A stretch of DNA of 64,000 nucleotides from Eledone cirrhosa. Its lineage: Eukaryota. Below the pieces are notes generated by a model. The model saw only the letters and a program-made list of their open reading frames with translations. It ran no database searches and was not told where the DNA came from. A program made the translations under genes and the position numbers. The DNA lies in assembly GCA_964016885.1 (NCBI GenBank), contig OZ024740.1:279992001-280056000 (forward strand), read 5' to 3'. Below are positions 61,901 to 64,000 of this stretch, piece by piece; position 1 is the first letter of the stretch, and each line of letters opens with the position of its first letter.

Positions 61901-64000
61901 AACGAATCCAAAAATGACGATTTGCCGGCGGAGTTACCTTTAAAATCGCGGGCCGGCCGCCCGTGGTCGGATCGATCTGTAATTACTGGTATATGTGCAA
62001 ACACACATTTGCTGTGTGTGGTGTGATTTTCAAGAAAAGCTGCCCATGCTAAATGCGGAAGCTGAAGTCCACCAGCGAATGCTGTGCTTCGAAGAAACGA
62101 ATCACAAAAATGCGAATTTGCCGGCGGAGTTACCTTTTCGATCGTGGGCCGGCCGCCCGTGGTCGGATCGATCTGTAATTACTGGTATATGTGCAGACAC
62201 TCATTGGTCGTGTGTGGTGTGATTTTCAAGAAAAGCTGCCCATGCTAAATGCGGAAGCTGCAGTCCACCATCGAATGGTGTGCTTCGAAGAAACGAATCA
62301 CAAAAATGCGAATTTGCCGGCGGAGTTACCTTTTCGATCGTGGGCCGGCCGCCTGTGGTCGGATCGATCTGTAATTACTGGTCCATGTGCAGACACACAT
62401 TTGCTGTGTGTGGTGTGATTTTCAAGAAAAGCTGCCCATGCTAAATGCGGAAGCTGAAGTCCGCCGGCGAATGGTGTGCTTCGAAGAAAACGAATCCAAA
62501 AATGACGATTTGCCGGCGGAGTTACCTTTTCAATCGCGGGCCGGCCGCCCGTGGTCGGATCGATCTGTAATTACTGGTACATGTGCAGACACTCATTGGC
62601 TATGTGTGGCGTGAATTTCAAGCAAGATATCTCCGTAAATTCAATAGTTGTGGTTGTGGAACCAAACCGTGTTAAACGTCAACAAAGTCCGCCGGCGAAT
62701 GGTGTGCTTCGAAGAAAACGAATCCAAAAATGACGATTTGCCGGCGGAGTTACCTTTTCAATCGCGGGCCGGCCGCCCGTGGTCGGATCGATCTGTAATT
62801 ACTGGTACATGTGCAGACACTCATTGGCTATGTGCGGCGTGAATTTCAGCAAGATATCTCCGTAAAATCAATAGTTGTGGCTGTGGAACCAAACCGTGTT
62901 AAACGTCAACAAAGTCCGCCGGCGAATGGTGTGCTTCGAAGAAAACGAATCCAAAAATGACGATTTGCCGGCGGAGTTACCTTTAAAATCGCGGGCCGGC
63001 CGCCCGTGGTCGGATCGATCTGTAATTACTGGTACATGTGCAGACACTCATTGGCTATGTGCGGCGTGAATTTCAGCAAGATACCTCCGTAAAATCAATA
63101 GTTGTGGCTGTGGAACCAAACCGTGTTAAACGTCAACAAAGTCCGCCGGCGAATGGTGTGCTTCGAAGAAAACGAATCCAAAAATGACAATTTGCCGGCG
63201 GAGTTACCTTTAAAATCGCGGGCCGGCCGCCCGTGGTCGGATCGATCTGTAATTACTGGTTCATGTGCAGACACTCATTGGCTATGTGCGGCGTGAATTC
63301 CAGCAAGATATCTCCGTAACATCAATAGTTGTGGCTGTGGAACCAAACCGTGTTAAACGTCAACAAAGTCCGCCGGCGAATGGTGTGCTTCGAAGAAAAC
63401 GAATCCAAAAATGACGATTTGCCGGCGGAGTTACCTTTTCAATCGCGGGCCGGCCGCCCGTGGTCGGATCGATCTGTAATTACTGGTATATGTGCAGACA
63501 CTCATTGGTCGTGTGTGGTGTGATTTTCAAGAAAAGCTGCCCATGCTAAATGCGGAAGCTGCAGTCCACCATCGAATGGTGTGCTTCGAAGAAACGAATC
63601 ACAAAAATGCGAATTTGCCGGCGGAGTTACCTTTTCGATCGTGGGCCGGCCGCCTGTGGTCGGATCGATCTGTAATTACTGGTCCATGTGCAGACACACA
63701 TTTGCTGTGTGTGGTGTGATTTTCAAGAAAAGCTGCCCATGCTAAATGCGGAAGCTGAAGTCCGCCGGCGAATGGTGTGCTTCGAAGAAAACGAATCCAA
63801 AAATGACGATTTGCCGGCGGAGTTACCTTTTCAATCGCGGGCCGGCCGCCCGTGGTCGGATCGATCTGTAATTACTGGTACATGTGCAGACACTCATTGG
63901 CTATGTGTGGCGTGAATTTCAGCAAGATATCTCCGTAAATTCAATAGTTGTGGCTGTGGAACCAAACCGTGTTAAACGTCAACAAAGTCCGCCGGCGAAT
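43914..64000. repeat. Domain of 4.7-5.4 kb imperfect higher-order repeats
   Basis: A variant S cassette (ggtttgatt, aagctt, gtcagccgg) has its aagctt at 46559, 51305, 56052 and 61418, giving spacings 4746, 4747 and 5366. Confidence 0.8.

Larger units (their letters stand above)
1..64000. repeat. Composite tandem satellite DNA array (227-bp and 196-bp monomers) extending beyond both window edges
   Basis: The core aagtcc...cttcgaagaaa...tttgccggcggagttacc...ggccggccgcc...gatcgatctgtaattactggt...gtga recurs in one orientation every 227 or 196 bp. Length check: 188x227 + 108x196 + 7 bp of small insertions = 63851 bp = span 61-63911. Confidence 0.99.

Noticed and set aside
97-63915. About 300 near-identical 64/75-aa ORFs as a tandem gene family
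   Set aside because: They start at TTG/GTG or incidental codons, overlap in shifting frames and show no recognisable domain. Monomer lengths are not multiples of 3, most variants change residues, and starts or frames are freely lost (29836, 36243, 60242). They are by-products of the repeat.
1-64000. CRISPR array (constant repeat plus variable spacer)
   Set aside because: The constant part is 164 bp, only two 'spacer' sequences exist and they recur hundreds of times, and there are no cas genes or leader.
1-64000. Synthetic concatemer or polylinker (many restriction sites) or a sequencing artefact
   Set aside because: Hierarchically shared variants, recombinant monomers and nested duplications indicate natural evolution, and no vector sequence is present.
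1-64000. Hidden insertion, inversion or telomeric tract
   Set aside because: The monomer arithmetic accounts for every base from 61 to 63911, and all units are in the same orientation.

Overview
The whole 64 kb is one uninterrupted head-to-tail tandem satellite array, most likely eukaryotic centromeric or heterochromatic DNA. It holds no credible genes, RNA genes, transposon insertions, inversions or CRISPR array. Two monomer length classes are interleaved. Type L is 227 bp (e.g. 61-287) and type S is 196 bp (e.g. 288-483). They share a ~164-bp core and differ in an alternative segment of 63 bp (L) or 32 bp (S). From the ORF-track spacing I count 188 L and 108 S complete monomers between 61 and 63911. 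Five small length variants (two +2 bp, three +1 bp) account for the remainder exactly, so no foreign DNA is inserted. S monomers occur only in runs of 1-3, mostly as a fixed S1-S2-S3 cassette. Monomer variants form shifting local higher-order repeats or duplications (periods 2373, 3642, 3448, 6407/6180, 2146, 4746/4747 and 5366 bp). The monomer is ~49% GC, CpG-rich and unusually rich in dyad symmetry. The ~300 short ORFs are by-products of the repeat. I do not recognise the satellite family or the host. I found no protein-coding system; any novelty lies in the satellite's architecture, and all functional ideas below are inference.
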